A stretch of 64,000 nucleotides of DNA from Takakia lepidozioides (lineage: Eukaryota > Plantae > Bryophyta), in assembly GCA_030704615.1 (NCBI GenBank), contig CM060734.1:558001-622000 (forward strand), read 5' to 3'. Below the pieces are notes generated by a model. The model did not search any database and was not told the DNA's origin. It was given only the letters and a program-made list of their open reading frames with translations. Position numbers and translations under genes: made by a program. Of the stretch, positions 37,827-51,186 are shown in pieces (position 1 is the stretch's first letter; every line of letters starts with the position of its first letter).

Positions 37827-39990
37827 CACGGGCAACTAGAGGTAGTTCCACCAATCCAGGAATATGTATATACGCGCCCTCCAAGACGATTCCATGATTT
37901 CGTGGTGGGTTTGTCTGAAGCTGTCTTAGAACCCACCACCTATGCCGAAGCATCTTGACACCCAGGATGGGTCGACGCCATGGAAGAGGAAATGGCCTCA
38001 ATTCACAAGAACGAGACATGGACTCTTGAAGATCTGCCCCCCAGTAGACAACCCATTACCACCAAATGGATCTATAAAGTCAAAACACATGCTGATGGAA
38101 CTACTGCCAAATTGAAGGCGCGTTTGGTGGCTTGTGGTTTCCAACAACGAGCAGGGGAGGATTTTGATGAGACCTACGCGCCGGTGGCCAAATACAACAC
38201 CTTGCGAGTTGTTACAGCACTAGCAGGTCAGAATGGTTGGCCATATTTCACTTTCTTAAACGGTGAATTGACAGAGGAAGTGTTTATCCAGCAACCTGAA
38301 GGCTTCGAGGGTAAGGGGAAAGAGAGCAAGGTTTGCAAGTTACGTGAAGCCTTGTATGGTCTTCGTCAGGCACCGCGTACCTGGTACACCAAAATAGAGA
38401 ATTACCTTCAAGAATAATGATTGAAGCGCACGAACTCGGATGGAAACTTATATTACTTCAGAGAAAGAGACAAAATTGTCCTACTCATGCTGTATGTAGA
38501 TGATGTTTATCTTACTGGTAACCATGACAACAAGCTGCAATGGATACGATCAGAGATCAAGAAACGCTTTGAGATGACAGACATGGGTCTAATCAAGCAC
38601 TCTCTTGGGCTTGAGTATTTCTTTCAACCTGAAGGGATCATTGTGACTCAAAGGGGCTACGCAGCCCAAATGCTGGAAGAATTTGGATATGGGCAATGCA
38701 ACGCAGCAGTCACGCCCATGCTCCCCGGGCTCAAACTCAAGATCGACATGGGAGCACCAGCAGTGGATACCCAACTCTATCAACGAATGGTTGGGAAGTT
38801 AAACTTTCTTACTCAAACACGGCCGGACATCTCTTTCGCCGTGAACATGGTGAGCAGATTCTCCAACCAGCCTCAAACCCCACACATGGACGCCATCAAA
38901 CATCTATTTAGATATATCAAAGGTACTGTGGATTTGGGGATTTGTTACCAGCGAGGGGAGGCAAGCATCCTCACTGGATACTCAGATGCAGACTGAGCCG
39001 ACGACCTCAACGATCGGAAGTCCACCACATGATATCTGTTCAGACTAGGTTCAAGTCCCATCTCTTGGGGAAGCAGGAAACAGCCATGCACGGCTCTTTC
39101 TTCGACAGAAGCTGAGTACATGGCTATGACTAGTGGTGCTAAGGAGGCGGTGTGGTTAAGAAGGCTTCTTTCACAACTACAATTCCTTGATGAGAAAGAA
39201 CCCACGCAGATGATGTGTGACAATCAAAGTGCAATCAAGCTGTCAGAAATCCAGTCTTTCACGACAGAACGAAGCACATAGAAATCCGTCACCATTTTAT
39301 TAGGGAAAAAGTCACAGGAGGAGAGTTGAAAATCAATCACGTTCCATCCAGAGATCAACTGGCGGACATTCTTACTAATCCATTGGGTCGGACCCTCTTC
39401 GAAGAGCTTCGAAATGAACTTAGCTTGGTGTGAACAATCGATTTATGAGGGAGTCTGTTTCTTGGTGGCTGTCTGGGTCTGAAAGGAGGAAACTTGTCCA
39501 CATATCGCAGCATAATGTTTCTCCGATGGCTAAACACTCCACTCTCTGCGCTGAGCAGATCTATTTTGGAGAACACCATCGTTGACATTATACTCACTTT
39601 GAAGTTGCAGCGGGCTGTCAAGCTTCTAAAGTTCGAGGGAGGGTGTTGGAGATGGAGATCCACAGCATGGTCAAGTAGAATTAACTCTTAGATGCTACTC
39701 TTAGATGCTACTAGTAGGTATAATATTTAGCACGTAAGTTAGCAGTTACACAGAGAAGCCACCCTGCGTAGTGGTGAGCCCAGTTAAGCTTAGCGATCTA
39801 TGATGACCACCACACTTAGTTGCTGCCCCACTCTCTGCAGGCTTGACCATCCAAGGGAGAACTTGGACTTCCCTGCAGAGCTGTTTAGAGCTTCAGTATA
39901 TAGTGGGCTCTTAGAAAGTTGGAAGTCAGACCTTTTTACAGTAAGCTCTCATTACCTGATCCACTTTAGATACCTGTCCTGAAGAAATCT
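37827..39990 (+). mobile_element. pol: Ty1/Copia 3' half (RT, RNase H, PPT, 3' LTR from 39644; LTR end uncertain)
   Basis: EPTTYAEA, KARLVACGF, LYGLRQAP, LYVDD, GYSDAD, SSTEAEY, QLADILT. PPT GAGGGAGGG followed by TGTTGG. Confidence 0.9.
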
Positions 39991-40199
39991 TGACTTGAAG
40001 TCATCTGCCTGGACTATACAAATTTGTGAAGGAGAGGATCGCAGCACCGGGGAAAATCTTGGAGATCACACTAACCGAAATTGCGTGTTCGAGCTTTCTT
40101 TCTCAAATCCATCTATTCAATTGAAGATGGGCAGGTTCTTGTAGCAGGTTGGTGTTCACTCTCTGTCTCTCTTTTGTCAGTGTCTTCTCCCTTACGATC

Positions 40200-43100
40200 A
40201 TGGACATCGCGCAATCCATATGCTCGAAATCCAAACAGAGTGAGTACAACACGTCTATGGTAGACAGTGGCAGGAAGCAACAGCAATGGGTTTATCCCAC
40301 TGCTGCCGGCCGCACCCTTGATTCCCAGCAGTGTGTTCCACGAGACCGTCAGCAACTCTCACCTCCCCACCACCAAAGACAAGGTTGGACCATACGAAAA
40401 GTCTTCAGGAGCGAAAACGGATCAGGAAGCTCATCCATCATCGATTCAAAACATTTGAATCAAGGAAGGAGGAGCGAGGAATTCAATCAAAGAACCTGGA
40501 AGAGCAACAGCTCAAGCTTTGCTCCTGGGGAGGCGAGTACAAGGCAGGTGGTGGGAGTCTCAGCACCCGCTGAGGCTGATGGGGGCAGCTTCTTCTCTGA
40601 ACGGAAGAGAGAGGCATGCAATCAGGAGAGGGGAATTAACGAATCATGTCTTTCAGGCAAGATTTATACTTGTGCACTGTGGAGAAATGACTCACAGTGG
40701 CCATCACTTGAGGAATCCCGACAGGGGCAGACTTCATTATGTAAGGCAGGCAGCCCAGCTGGGGGCCTTCCCACCATGGCACAACAGGGTTCCTCAAATG
40801 AGAATGCTGGTTCAGTAGAGGGGCGCAGAGAGGTTGGGGGTTGGTTGAGAGCTGCAGGAAAATCTGAACAACTTGAGAATAATTTCTTCGAAGAGAAGTG
40901 GCCTTCACTGTGGGAGTCCGATGAAACGCGAAGATCGGCTGAGAATTTCGGGTCTGTTGCACTTGGAGCGGGGAAGTTGGGATCAGGTTCATCAGACGTA
41001 GTTGTACATAAGCAAACAAGGCAACCTTTATGGGACTTAGGTGCAGGTTCATCCAACGTAGATATGCAGAATAAAAACAAATCAATTATCACAGGAAGCA
41101 GAGGGAGGTCCGATGCAAGATCTATGGTTATCAACAGGGGGAAGGAAAAGGCTTTGGGGAAGACAAGGGTGCCAGTGCTCTTAATGCTCAACAGGGACTT
41201 CGTCGTGGCATCTCCAGTGAAGGGGAATTTGCTGTTAACGATTGCATTGAGGGATCTCAGGAGGCGGAGGGAGCTAACCTACGGCTGGCAGTCAAGCAGA
41301 ATAATGAGCCAGCTCAGATTTGCGAAGGGGCGCACCAGGTTTTGGTGGGGCAGTTCACTGCACTTTCTTCGTTTCTGGGGTTCGGATTGGGACGAGATGG
41401 GCAGCGTGTCAAGTGTGAGAGCAATGCTGGTGGAACCTCCACCATCTCTGAGGTGGGTCTACGGCCACCAGCTCCCGTTTCCTCTCTCTTCACACTGTCG
41501 CTGAAGACTACTAAAGGTGCAGTGGTGACTTCATCGATTGACATTGTCAAAACCTTTGAAACTCACTACAGTATCCTTTGCAGAACTTCTAGGTCTAACA
41601 GTGAGGGGTCTTCTGCTGAATGGAGGGATACAGTTGGAAAAACTGTTCCTATGATTCAAAACAGCCCTGATGAACTGGAGTATATTTCAATGGCTTATAA
41701 TGCTCCCATTAGTTCTTCTGAGATTGTGGAAGCAATTGAACATTTAAATGGATATAAAGCTGGTGGACCTGATGGAATTGTCAACGAGCTTATCAAGCAC
41801 GGTGGCGATCCCATGATAGAGGCCCTAGTTCTCCTCTTTAACCTTATCTGGAAGACTGAAATGATCCCCTTTCGCTGGCGACAGGGGGTCATTGTCAATC
41901 TATACAAGAAGGGTGACAGAGAAGAACCGGGGAACTACCGTTATCACGCTCCTCAATGCTGTTGGCAAGACATTCTGCAGAGTTATAAGTACTCGTCTCG
42001 AGGTTGATCTGGAGTCTAGAGGTTGTTTCCACGAAGGCCAAGCTGGCTTTCGGCGAAACAGGGGCTGTGTGGATCATATCTTCACTCTAAGCCAGATTAT
42101 CCAGGGAAGGAAAAAAGAAGGGAAACCCACTTATGTCTTTTTCCTGGATGTCAAAAAGGCTTATGACACAGTGTGGAGAGATGGCCTATGGTTCTGCCTC
42201 TGGTCTTGTGGGATCAAGGGAAAGATGTGGAGAGTTGTCCACAACTTGTATGCTCACACCAAAAGCTGTGTCACTGTTAACGGACAGAAGTCCAACTTCT
42301 TTGACATAGACCAAGGTGTAGCTCAAGGATGTACTCTCTCCCCTCTGCTCTTCAATGTTTTCATCAATCAACTCCTCGAGGATGTGGAAAGTGAGGGATT
42401 TGGGTTAAGGGTGGGTGATACCACCATACCAGCCCTTATGTTTGCGGATGACTTCGCAGGCATAGGGGAGACTCCAACCAATCTCCAGGAGTTGATTGAT
42501 TGCGCGAAGAGATACTTTGATCTTTGGGGGCTAGAGGCTAATGTCAGCAAATGTGCAGTGGTAGCATTCAACGACAGAGGAGAGGGAGGAAGTGATCTTA
42601 AGTGGCAGTGGGGTAGCCAAGAGATCCCGGTCCTCCCTTCCTACACTTACCTGGGCGTTGAGTTCTCCTCCAATTGTAATTGGGATGCACATATCCGGAA
42701 AGTTGTTCAAACTGGCAAGGGCAAAGCTCTGGGGCTCACTAAATTTTTCCACTGCAGAGGGGTCAACTCTGAGGTTAAGAAAACCATGCTTTGTCGCGTT
42801 ATTAGACCTGCCTTGGAGTACGGATCTGCTATATGGGTTGATAACTCCAACCAGGCTAAGTCTCTAGAATCCATTCAAGTGGGGGTGCTTAAGGAGTGTA
42901 TGTCAGCATGCTCCAAAACAGCCAATGTGGCTGTTCGGGGTGAGTTTGGCATTCCGTCCCTAAGCTCCCGACGAGATGAATTCAAGGTCGTCAGCTGCAA
43001 CATATGCCCAACACCAGATATCCTAAGTTAATCGACTCTATATCTTGGAAACAGGACCGCCCTGTCAAACAGGCTAAGTCCTGGCAGAAGAGAGTAGAAG

Positions 43101-46100
43101 AGATTCTCAAGGACCTGGACCTGGATCCGCAAGTCTTGACCCTGCTGGATAAATCTGACTTAGAGGCTGTAGTGTCCTCAGCCATGTCTGTTGCCATGAG
43201 ATTGTCTGATGAAAATGAAGTTAGGCAGAAAACTTCCCTGAACTTGTTTCCAGTCTGTGACATGGGGGAGGACATCTTGGATGACCTCAAGGGTCTACCC
43301 ACTCTTGGCACTAGACTGAAATTTAAACTCAGGGCAGGAAGCCTACCTTTGAACAGCAAACAGAAGCAGAGAGGAAAGGGAGAGTGCAATTGCCCGTTGT
43401 GTGGGCAATCTGAAGACAGTATTCATTTTCTGATACACTGTCCGGGGTTCTCTCACCAAAGAGACGCTCTCTTCAAATCTATTAAGGGAATTGTGCCTGT
43501 ACCCCTGTTTACCAACTTTGAAAGTCTCGAGGCTGAGCCAAAAGCCCAGGCCCTCCTGAGGCCTAGTTTTTGGGCAAATCACACACAGCAGATTGATGCT
43601 TGTGTGAAGGGATTTCTAGAGGATATCTGGAAAACCCGGATTAATTCTTTATATGGAGGTAAGTCTTACTACCAACGGCAGCCCCTGACAGAGGTAGGTT
43701 CTGTCCCTTTTGTTCCCGCTCAGGCGCGGGGTCAATGGCCACAAGGCTACGGCAAACAACGTCTTATGAGTACAATCTCTTCACACTGTTCGACAACCGT
43801 GTTCAATTATCTTCTATGTCTGAAATATTTTTCTGCTGGAGTGTCAGTGGAAACATGTTCTCGTTAACTAGTATTTCCCCATTGTCAGTAATGATAAAGA
43901 GAGAAAGAGAGAGTCTAACTTAGAAAGAAACCTTGGAAGTTTGTCATCCAGGAAAGGTTCAAAGAACCTATAGGGCAAGGACGCATGTAAACAGTACACG
44001 AAAGAGAGCATTGGAGAAATGAAATGAAATGAAATGGTGCTTTATAACGTCCGCGGAAAGCTCGTAGAGCTTATGGGACAAAATGGAAGAAAACATGAGA
44101 GAGGAACAAATCCAGAAACCACAATTAATGTTCTAGCGATTGTCTAAGGGTGAAGGCCTTGTGTAGGTAGGCTGCCACGCATTTTTGATCCTCATAGTGA
44201 AAGACATCAGTGAGAGTTTGGGTTCCACTGAATAAACAGTGAAATCTCCCACGGATCTCGTAGTATAGAGGGCAGTAGAAGAAGAAGTGTTCTTCAGTTT
44301 CAATTTCCTTGCTGCGCCCTATGCAAGCTGGACATAGGCGGTCCTCCCGTTGCAGGTTTTCCCATCTGCCAGTCTCTATCCGTAGGTTGTGGGAACCCAC
44401 CCTGAACCGCCCCAATGCCCTCAAGAGGGAAGGAGATAAGGGTGCTGAAAGGTAATTTGGTCTCAAGATTCTATCATCGCGGAGCACCAAGAATGTCTCT
44501 CGATAGAAGTGGAGCTTTGTCGTGAGATTGGGTAGCATCCAAGTTCTCTTGACATGTAATTCCATAAGCTCTCTCCGAATGAGTCTGTTGCGGTCATGTC
44601 TGGATGTGATGTCCACCTCATCTGGGTTCATTGGTAATAGGAAAGCAGTAGAAAGTCCGTTACGTTGAAATAAACTGTCCACTCGAGCATACCAGGAGTT
44701 CCTGAAACTGCAGCTTTGAGCCTCATAGATGTTGTGAGGGCCCTTGCCACTAGCCCTTTGGGTGGAAGGGCCTGCAATCTATGGAGAAAGATTGTAAGCC
44801 TGAAGAGGGCCTCGGATTGCAATGGTACACATGCGAACTCTGCACCTAGGATCTGAGATGGAGTTGTGCTCCTGGCGCCAAGCATTGCTTGGAGAAAAGA
44901 TGACTGTAATGGTTCCAAATTCTTTTCCCACCAGGAGACAGGACACCAGGTGCCCAGAACTCACAACCATAGATGGTAGCAGGGCTGACGACGGTGTCAA
45001 ACAGCCACTTTTTGGTCGGGGGATGCCGCAGATGTATTTGCTTGCATTTGGCCTGAAGGCGGACGGAGGCCGCCTTACCTTTAGTCAACCTGTCCAAGGC
45101 AGTGGCTGCTGCATAGTGAAACTTGGGGGAGTGGATAACCAGACCTAGGTACCGGTATGATTTCACAATCTCAATTTCCTGCTGGTTGAAGATGAATCTA
45201 CGGTCAGCCTGGATCTTGGTCTTGCTAAGATTGACCTGCATCCCATAGTCTTTGCAGAACTGTTCCAAAATTTTGAGATGGCATTGCAGAAAGACCGGGG
45301 ATTGTGCCAAAAGGGCAACATCATCAGCATAGAGGAGATCTGATTGGGTTGGTCCCCCATCCAATGGGACCCCAACCCCATGGTTTTTTGATATGTAATT
45401 CTCCAAGGCGTCAATGTAGATCCCGAACAGGGTAGGTGAAAAGGGGGCAGCCCTGTTTGACTCCAATGTTGCTGTGGATCTCGGCTGAGAATTCACCAGC
45501 GACGTTGACCATGCCAGTGACAATCTCATACATAGAAGAGATGGCACAAAGGATGTCTGGAGGGACTTCCACTCTATGGAGCCGTTGGAAGAGAAGGTCC
45601 CGAGGAACTGAATCAAAGGCTTTGTGAAAGTCCACGAAGCAAACATAGACCATTCTTTTGTCATAGCGTGCACTTTCCACCATAACTTGAAGAGTGAAGA
45701 TGTGGTCAATAGTGGATCGGTTTCGACGGAAACCAGCCTGTCCCTCAGCACGAATGCGAGAGTACTCAGCCCAATCATCCAGTTCCATGGCCACTACTGC
45801 CCCAAACAGTTTAGCAAGTAATGAGGACACCATGATAGTACGATAGTTTGTCGGTGCGAGCCTGTCACCGCTCTTAAAAAGTGGGTGGATGATGCTCTTT
45901 GTCCACTCTGTTTGAAAGCCCCGTTGCACCACCTCATTGAAGAGGTTAGCTATAAAAGGGGCTAAAGTAGGTGCAGCATGCTTGATGAATTCACTCTGAA
46001 GTCCTGAAATGTCCACCGCTCTGCCATTTTGCAGCTTCTTGATTGCCTTACTGACATTGGCTGTAGTAAAGAGAGAAAAGTGAAGGGGTTTAGAGGTTAT

Positions 46101-49100
46101 AGGAGAAGGAGTTTGGGTTGGGGAATGGTACAAAGACTGTGCATACTCATGCCAGACATGAATGTCAGTGATTGGGGGGGGATCTCTATGAGGTTTAAGG
46201 AGGGACCAAAAAGATCGAGGAGAAAATCTGATTTTAGCAAGGAAAGAAGATTGCAACTTGATAGTGTAGGCTTGCTTTTTGGATCTAATGAGGGACTTAT
46301 AGTGCTTAAGAGCAAGATTAGTGGACTCTGGAGAAGAATTGGTATCAAGTAGTAAAAATTTGATGCGACGTCTAGCAGTCTTGCATTCCTCATCATAAAA
46401 TGGTGCGTAACGACGAGTGGAGAAGGGTGAGGAGGTAGATGGAAGGGTGACGGGAAAGGATCGCAGGGCTGAGTCCCAAAGGGCTTGAGTAAGCTGTGTA
46501 GCCTTGTCGTTAGGAGATGATAGATGTAGAATGGAAGGGAGGGTTGACGCTAGGTATGTTTCATACTCGGCGTCGTGTAAGTGAGAGAAAGGGGTATTAA
46601 AGTGGATACGTGGGTGTAAGGGAAGAGACGCAGAGGGGATCCTCACGGGGAGGGAGATGGAAGGAAATGCAAAGGAAGGGCAAGAGTGATCAGAATCCGG
46701 GTATCTCGTGATGTAAAAGGAGCTTATTCTATCAGGCTTGTTGGGGCTCCCCAAGAAATAGTCAACCACGCTTTGGCCCTTGTACGTGTGGCAAGTGAAC
46801 TGGCTAGAGGATTTGAAGTTGGTTGTTCCATTGTAAATGGACAGCCCCTGAGTTTCACAAAACTTGAGTAGATGGTGACCGTAACTTGTGATTTCGCAAG
46901 AGGAATCTGCACTTTGCCTCTCCAATTCCGTATGCGAGCGTTGGATGTGTAGAGGATCTGTGTGGTCGAAGGTGGGGGCCTGTAGTGATCCTGTACGGGC
47001 GTTGAAATCTCCAACCAAGAAAATGTCCGTTTGTGGGGTACGGAGACGGGCCATATCGTCTTCCAATGGAACATATGGTGAATCTGTTCGAATATGTAGG
47101 CCGTTGTGCGGAGATGCGAACGGAGCAAAATAACATCCCGCCAGCAGGATGTTGTAGCCTTTTATGTGACACCAAATGTACCTTGCCAGTGGGTCTTTGT
47201 ATGTGAAGGAGATAAGTGGGAGAAGCCAGTCAGCAAAGTAACAAGCCACACCTCCAGATCCTTTGAGACTTGTACGTGGACGAATCACTGATTGAAAGCT
47301 ATAAAAGGGGGGTCCTTTCCTTCATACGCATGAGTTTCCAAAAGAAAAAGAACATCACACTTGGAAAGAATATCTAGAAGCCCTGAGGGTGGCTCCACAA
47401 CGAGCCATTACAGTTCCATGAGCCAATGTGTAGATGTGAGCGTGCGTTGGTCTCATGGTGCCCCAACCCTTATTTAGAGCTAGAGGGGCGACGTTCGTGC
47501 TCTCGGACAATTACCCTCCTATCTCGGTACACGGCATAGTGCCCTTGAGCTCGAGCTTGCTTAACCTGCAAGAGTTGCGTCCGCATGGCGTTGTATTGCA
47601 AAGGGGTCAAGTCATCGTTGAGGTACATACCCTGACCTCTCAATTGAGGCCTCTGCCTGAGGACTCTATCCCGAGCACACTTGTCCTTGAATCTAATGAA
47701 GAGGATTTTGTGCTCTGAAGATCCTGCACGCCAAGCCCTTTCAATGCCACTCGCGCCCTGTGGGAGAGCAAGGTTTTGCTGAATAAGGTTGGTGGCAGCG
47801 TCAAGAGGGTCCCCCTCAGCAAGGCCCCCTAGCTTCCCAGTGACCCTGATGTTAAGGGCTTTGAAAGCTCGTTGCTGTTCCTCTCGCAAGGTAGCCGAGA
47901 CTGTTTCCTCCAGAGAGTGAGGACTGTTGTTGGATGTGCTCCCCTTAACTATATTAGCCCAGGAGGAGGCCTCTGCCTTGTGAGCTTGGAGCTCCCAAGC
48001 AATTGTAGACGTCGCAGTTCTGTGTGTTTCCAGCTCTTTGCTAAGGGATTCCACCTGCAGGTGGATGCTTGCTGTGAGGGGATCTGGGAGGCTCTTCTTT
48101 GTGAAGGTCTTCACTTCGCCTTCAAGTTTTGAAAGACGCGTATGTGTGGATTTGTCATTGAGATGTTTCGCCAGACCTTGAAGTTTGCTAGTGCACTCCT
48201 GAAGAGAGGCCTGCAAAACGCTATCCTGAACTCGCATATTGTTCTCCAAGTTTGTGTATTTGTCTGTCATGCGCTTCTGCCAGTCTTTGTCCAAGGAAGT
48301 TATGCGTTTCTGCCAATCTTTGTCCAAGGAATCCATGCGCTTTTCCCAATTTTTGTTGAGGGAAGCCATCCGCGTCTCCCAGTCTTTGTCTAGGGAAGCC
48401 AACCGCTCCTCCGCGTCATTATCACGGGTAGCGAGCACTTGCTGCAGAGTCTCCTCCGAGATGCATTTCGTTTGTAAGATGGAGATTTGGTCCCGAAGTG
48501 TTTGAACATCAGCTCTCCTTGTGGAGTACCGACGCAAATGAGAGGCTTGATGAGAGACAGGGGCAGGAAGAAGAAGTAGAGGGGAATCAGGTCGACGTGA
48601 GGGAGACGGGTAGTCTACCTCGTCGGCAGCCGTCCTTTGGCGTTTGGACGTCATGGTGTGGTGGAGATGGCGCTAGCGCGCCAACGCCCGTGAGCGCAGC
48701 ACCGACGTGCTGCCGCGCGCGCGCGAGAGAGAGAGAGAAAAAGAAAGAAAAGGAAAAAAGAAACGCCCACTGAGGAGAAGAGAAGTGAAATGAAATGGCA
48801 CAGAGAGAAATCTAACATTTGGTGTTCTTATCCAGCCTTATTTAATCGTGATCCTGCGTTGTTCCAGTCCTTGTCAGTGGAGTACTTTGCAAGAAGGTTT
48901 CAAGCCAAGGATGTAGTGATGGAGATGGAGGTGGAGTACTGCTCCATGAACTGGAAGAAGGTGGACTATATCTGCACACTGTATGGCAAGCGCGTGGGGG
49001 TTTCTGTTACGCGCGCAATGTCCTACCCCAACCCAAAGCTTTCTCTTCGGATGCAGCCTATCGGCTGCTTCATAAAAAGCTGTTTGGTTTGGTAAACTTG

Positions 49101-50342
49101 TCGAATCCCTCCCTTGTATTGATGCCCATATGTAAAATTATATTCCACATTCGAAGTGTAATCCACCACAGGTCTTGTAAAACTAGGAGCACTTGATCAA
49201 CATTGAACTAACCTCTTGAAGTGGACAAACTGTATTGACCAAGGTTCTTTAAGTAGTCGTGCAAGTGGGCGGTCTCATAAGTTAGATCAGGGAGGGTCAA
49301 CTGGTATCATGTGAGTTAATATCCCTCAAAGAAAAAGACACTAAGTTATGTACAGCCTTTAAGTTTGCTCGAGGAACAGTCAGAGTGCACTATTCAAAAA
49401 TGTTTGGCACAAACTGGGTGGTGATAACTGTGCAGGTGGTGGCGAGGCATGGCGTAGCAAAGAGGTACAGCTTCTCCCAGTGCATCCTCCATGTCTGGTG
49501 CGAAACTCAGAAAACAGCTAAAATTATGGAGGCTGATTACAAAGGTACATTGTCTCTCTCTCTCTCTCTCTCTCTCTCTCACGCTATCGGGCTTGTGCAT
49601 TGTCTATAAATCCGACAGGCGTTCAACAAAATGAAATCATCTAAGTTAAAATCTCTCTCTAAATTCTGGTTGCAAAAGAATCTACTTGCCCAACAATTTT
49701 TAAGCATCTTGGAGGTGATTTTAGCTGTCACATTTGTGTGCGGCACTCCCAATCAGTTCGAGAGATTGCAAGCACATAGTCTGTCCCTTACATTTATGCA
49801 CATCCCACGTTCATGTTCGATGATCTACCCTCACCGACCCATAACTTCAGAGCAATCTGGAATTCCCCCTGAACCGATGACACTATCTTTGGCGTTACAG
49901 GGAGTTTTTCGGGCTCAAGGGTGGGGATGCTCTAAGAGCTTCCCCACCCTACAATGAACCCAACACGCCAACGGAACTTTTAGGGTATGTGGGCAGGAAG
50001 ACGGCACTGAACCCTATATCCCATAAAAATCGAGCACTGAATATCGCTCCGTGCCCCAAACCCGAGCGCCATATTCAGTTAACGGAATACGTCCCTGAAT
50101 CCATGTCAGCGGGACTCTGAGCATGGCAGAGCGCGCGTCGATGCTTCCCGCCAGCAGCTTGGCAGAAATTTTACTCAATGAGGAGTGCATGACTGGTGTC
50201 AGGTGTTTTGGAGGACCTGGATATAACAGACGATGTGATCATGATCTTGACGGTGGCTGAAGGCTTCTACGCACGCCCCATCTTCTACGAGCATTGCCTC
50301 AACAACATCTGGACCTCAAATCCCTTGAAAGCAGCACGTTAA
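40200..50342 (+). CDS. AAC4-like protein (Dictyostelium AAC-rich mRNA clone AAC4 family); exons 40200-41452, 48868-49091, 49436-49544, 50203-50342
   Basis: Spliced C-terminus NAGGTSTISE|SLSVEYFARRF..EMEVEY..VDYIC..GVSVTRAM..LLHKKLFGL|VVAR..ILHVW. GT-AG introns with consistent phases (0, 0, 1). 1-nt frameshifts at about 41150 and 49036. Confidence 0.75.
41499..43775 (+). mobile_element. 5'-truncated LINE-A copy 2 in intron 1 of the AAC4-like gene
   Basis: Nearly identical to the reverse complement of 20683-22976. 14-bp TSD TCTCTTCACACTGT at 41485-41498 and 43776-43789. Confidence 0.93.
44125..47457 (-). pseudogene. LINE-B ORF2 (APE-RT-CCHC), frameshifted
   Basis: GDFNARTG, SDH, NYRTI, QAGFR, KQGCP, YADD, CPAC..ETEEHFFFYC, spread over several frames. 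Confidence 0.88.
47470..48654 (-). CDS. LINE-B ORF1 (coiled coil with four 11-aa SLDKDW repeats; RRM/CTD-like end YLNDDLT)
   Basis: Intact 394-aa ATG-started ORF upstream of ORF2. Confidence 0.85.
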   Translation of the reverse strand: MTSKRQRTAADEVDYPSPSRRPDSPLLLLPAPVSHQASHLRRYSTRRADVQTLRDQISILQTKCISEETLQQVLATRDNDAEERLASLDKDWETRMASLNKNWEKRMDSLDKDWQKRITSLDKDWQKRMTDKYTNLENNMRVQDSVLQASLQECTSKLQGLAKHLNDKSTHTRLSKLEGEVKTFTKKSLPDPLTASIHLQVESLSKELETHRTATSTIAWELQAHKAEASSWANIVKGSTSNNSPHSLEETVSATLREEQQRAFKALNIRVTGKLGGLAEGDPLDAATNLIQQNLALPQGASGIERAWRAGSSEHKILFIRFKDKCARDRVLRQRPQLRGQGMYLNDDLTPLQYNAMRTQLLQVKQARAQGHYAVYRDRRVIVREHERRPSSSK

Positions 50343-50724
50343 ACAGAAACAGCTCTCGCTTTGTGATTCAACTTGTATAGACTTGATACACACTCTTCCC
50401 CTTGTATATCCCCTGCATGAATATACGTCAATATTTTGTAAGATCCTGTAAATGTAATACTGGTTTCCCCGCATCAGTAAACTCTATTTTTTATTTATTT
50501 TATTTATTTATTTAGGTTCCTCAAAGAGGCCCGGGACAGAGGGCCCTCAAGAAATTTTATTTATAAGGAAATTTTGGATTAATATTATTATTATTATTTT
50601 GTTTGTTTCCAAGGAAACTGCCCCAGCAACTGGACCTTGAGGGGGAAAATAATTGGAGAACACTGAGAGTAATGTAAGAACTTAGTGCACCCCTGCAATC
50701 TCTGACAGGACCCGGTTTCGGTAT

Positions 50725-51186
50725 TTCAAATATTCCCCACCTCCCCTTTGAGTGACATGAAACTGAAGGGAGTGTAACTCCACTCAGGGTTACATGGCGG
50801 GAGTGTAAACTCCACTCGGGGTTACACTCCATTTGGAGTTAATGGGTTGCACAGCGGGGATTGTAACTCCACTCAGGGTTACACTGGGTTACATGGAAGG
50901 GAGTGTAACTCTACTTGGTGTAACTTGCACTTGGTCTCAAAATTTGACTAAGTATAAAATGGACTTAGAGAGGAGTTACACAAGACACTACCCAAGGTTA
51001 CACTAATTGGAGCTACAGGGACCCGGGGTTACTCTAGCCAGGGTTACATGAGTCACCCATGGGGCGTCGAACCCAGCACCTCACTGCCTATGCTGCAATC
51101 ACCTTCCTAAGTAGGATACTCACCCTTGCTAGCCAACCCTTTGCATTAATGTAATTAATAGTAAGAGGGGATGGGGAGGATTTGAC
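50725..51186. mobile_element. Possible MITE with internal GTAACTCCACTC..GGTTAC repeats
   Basis: Imperfect ~24-bp inverted ends and repeated TGTAAC/GTTACA motifs at 50773-51050. TSD not established. Confidence 0.4.

Larger units (their letters stand above)
44027..48786 (-). mobile_element. Full-length two-ORF RTEX-like LINE (family B) in the same intron
   Basis: ORF1 and ORF2, (CATTT)n 3' tail, probable TSD GAAATGAAATG at 44016-44026 and 48787-48797. Confidence 0.88.

Noticed and set aside
41160-41504. C-terminus of the 451-aa ORF 40149-41504 as real protein
   Set aside because: The conserved NAGG..SE motif is in another frame, and this ORF runs through the splice donor into the LINE.
51055-51135. 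tRNA gene or SINE on the minus strand (GGTTCGACGCC B-box-like motif)
   Set aside because: No cloverleaf, convincing A-box or tail could be built.
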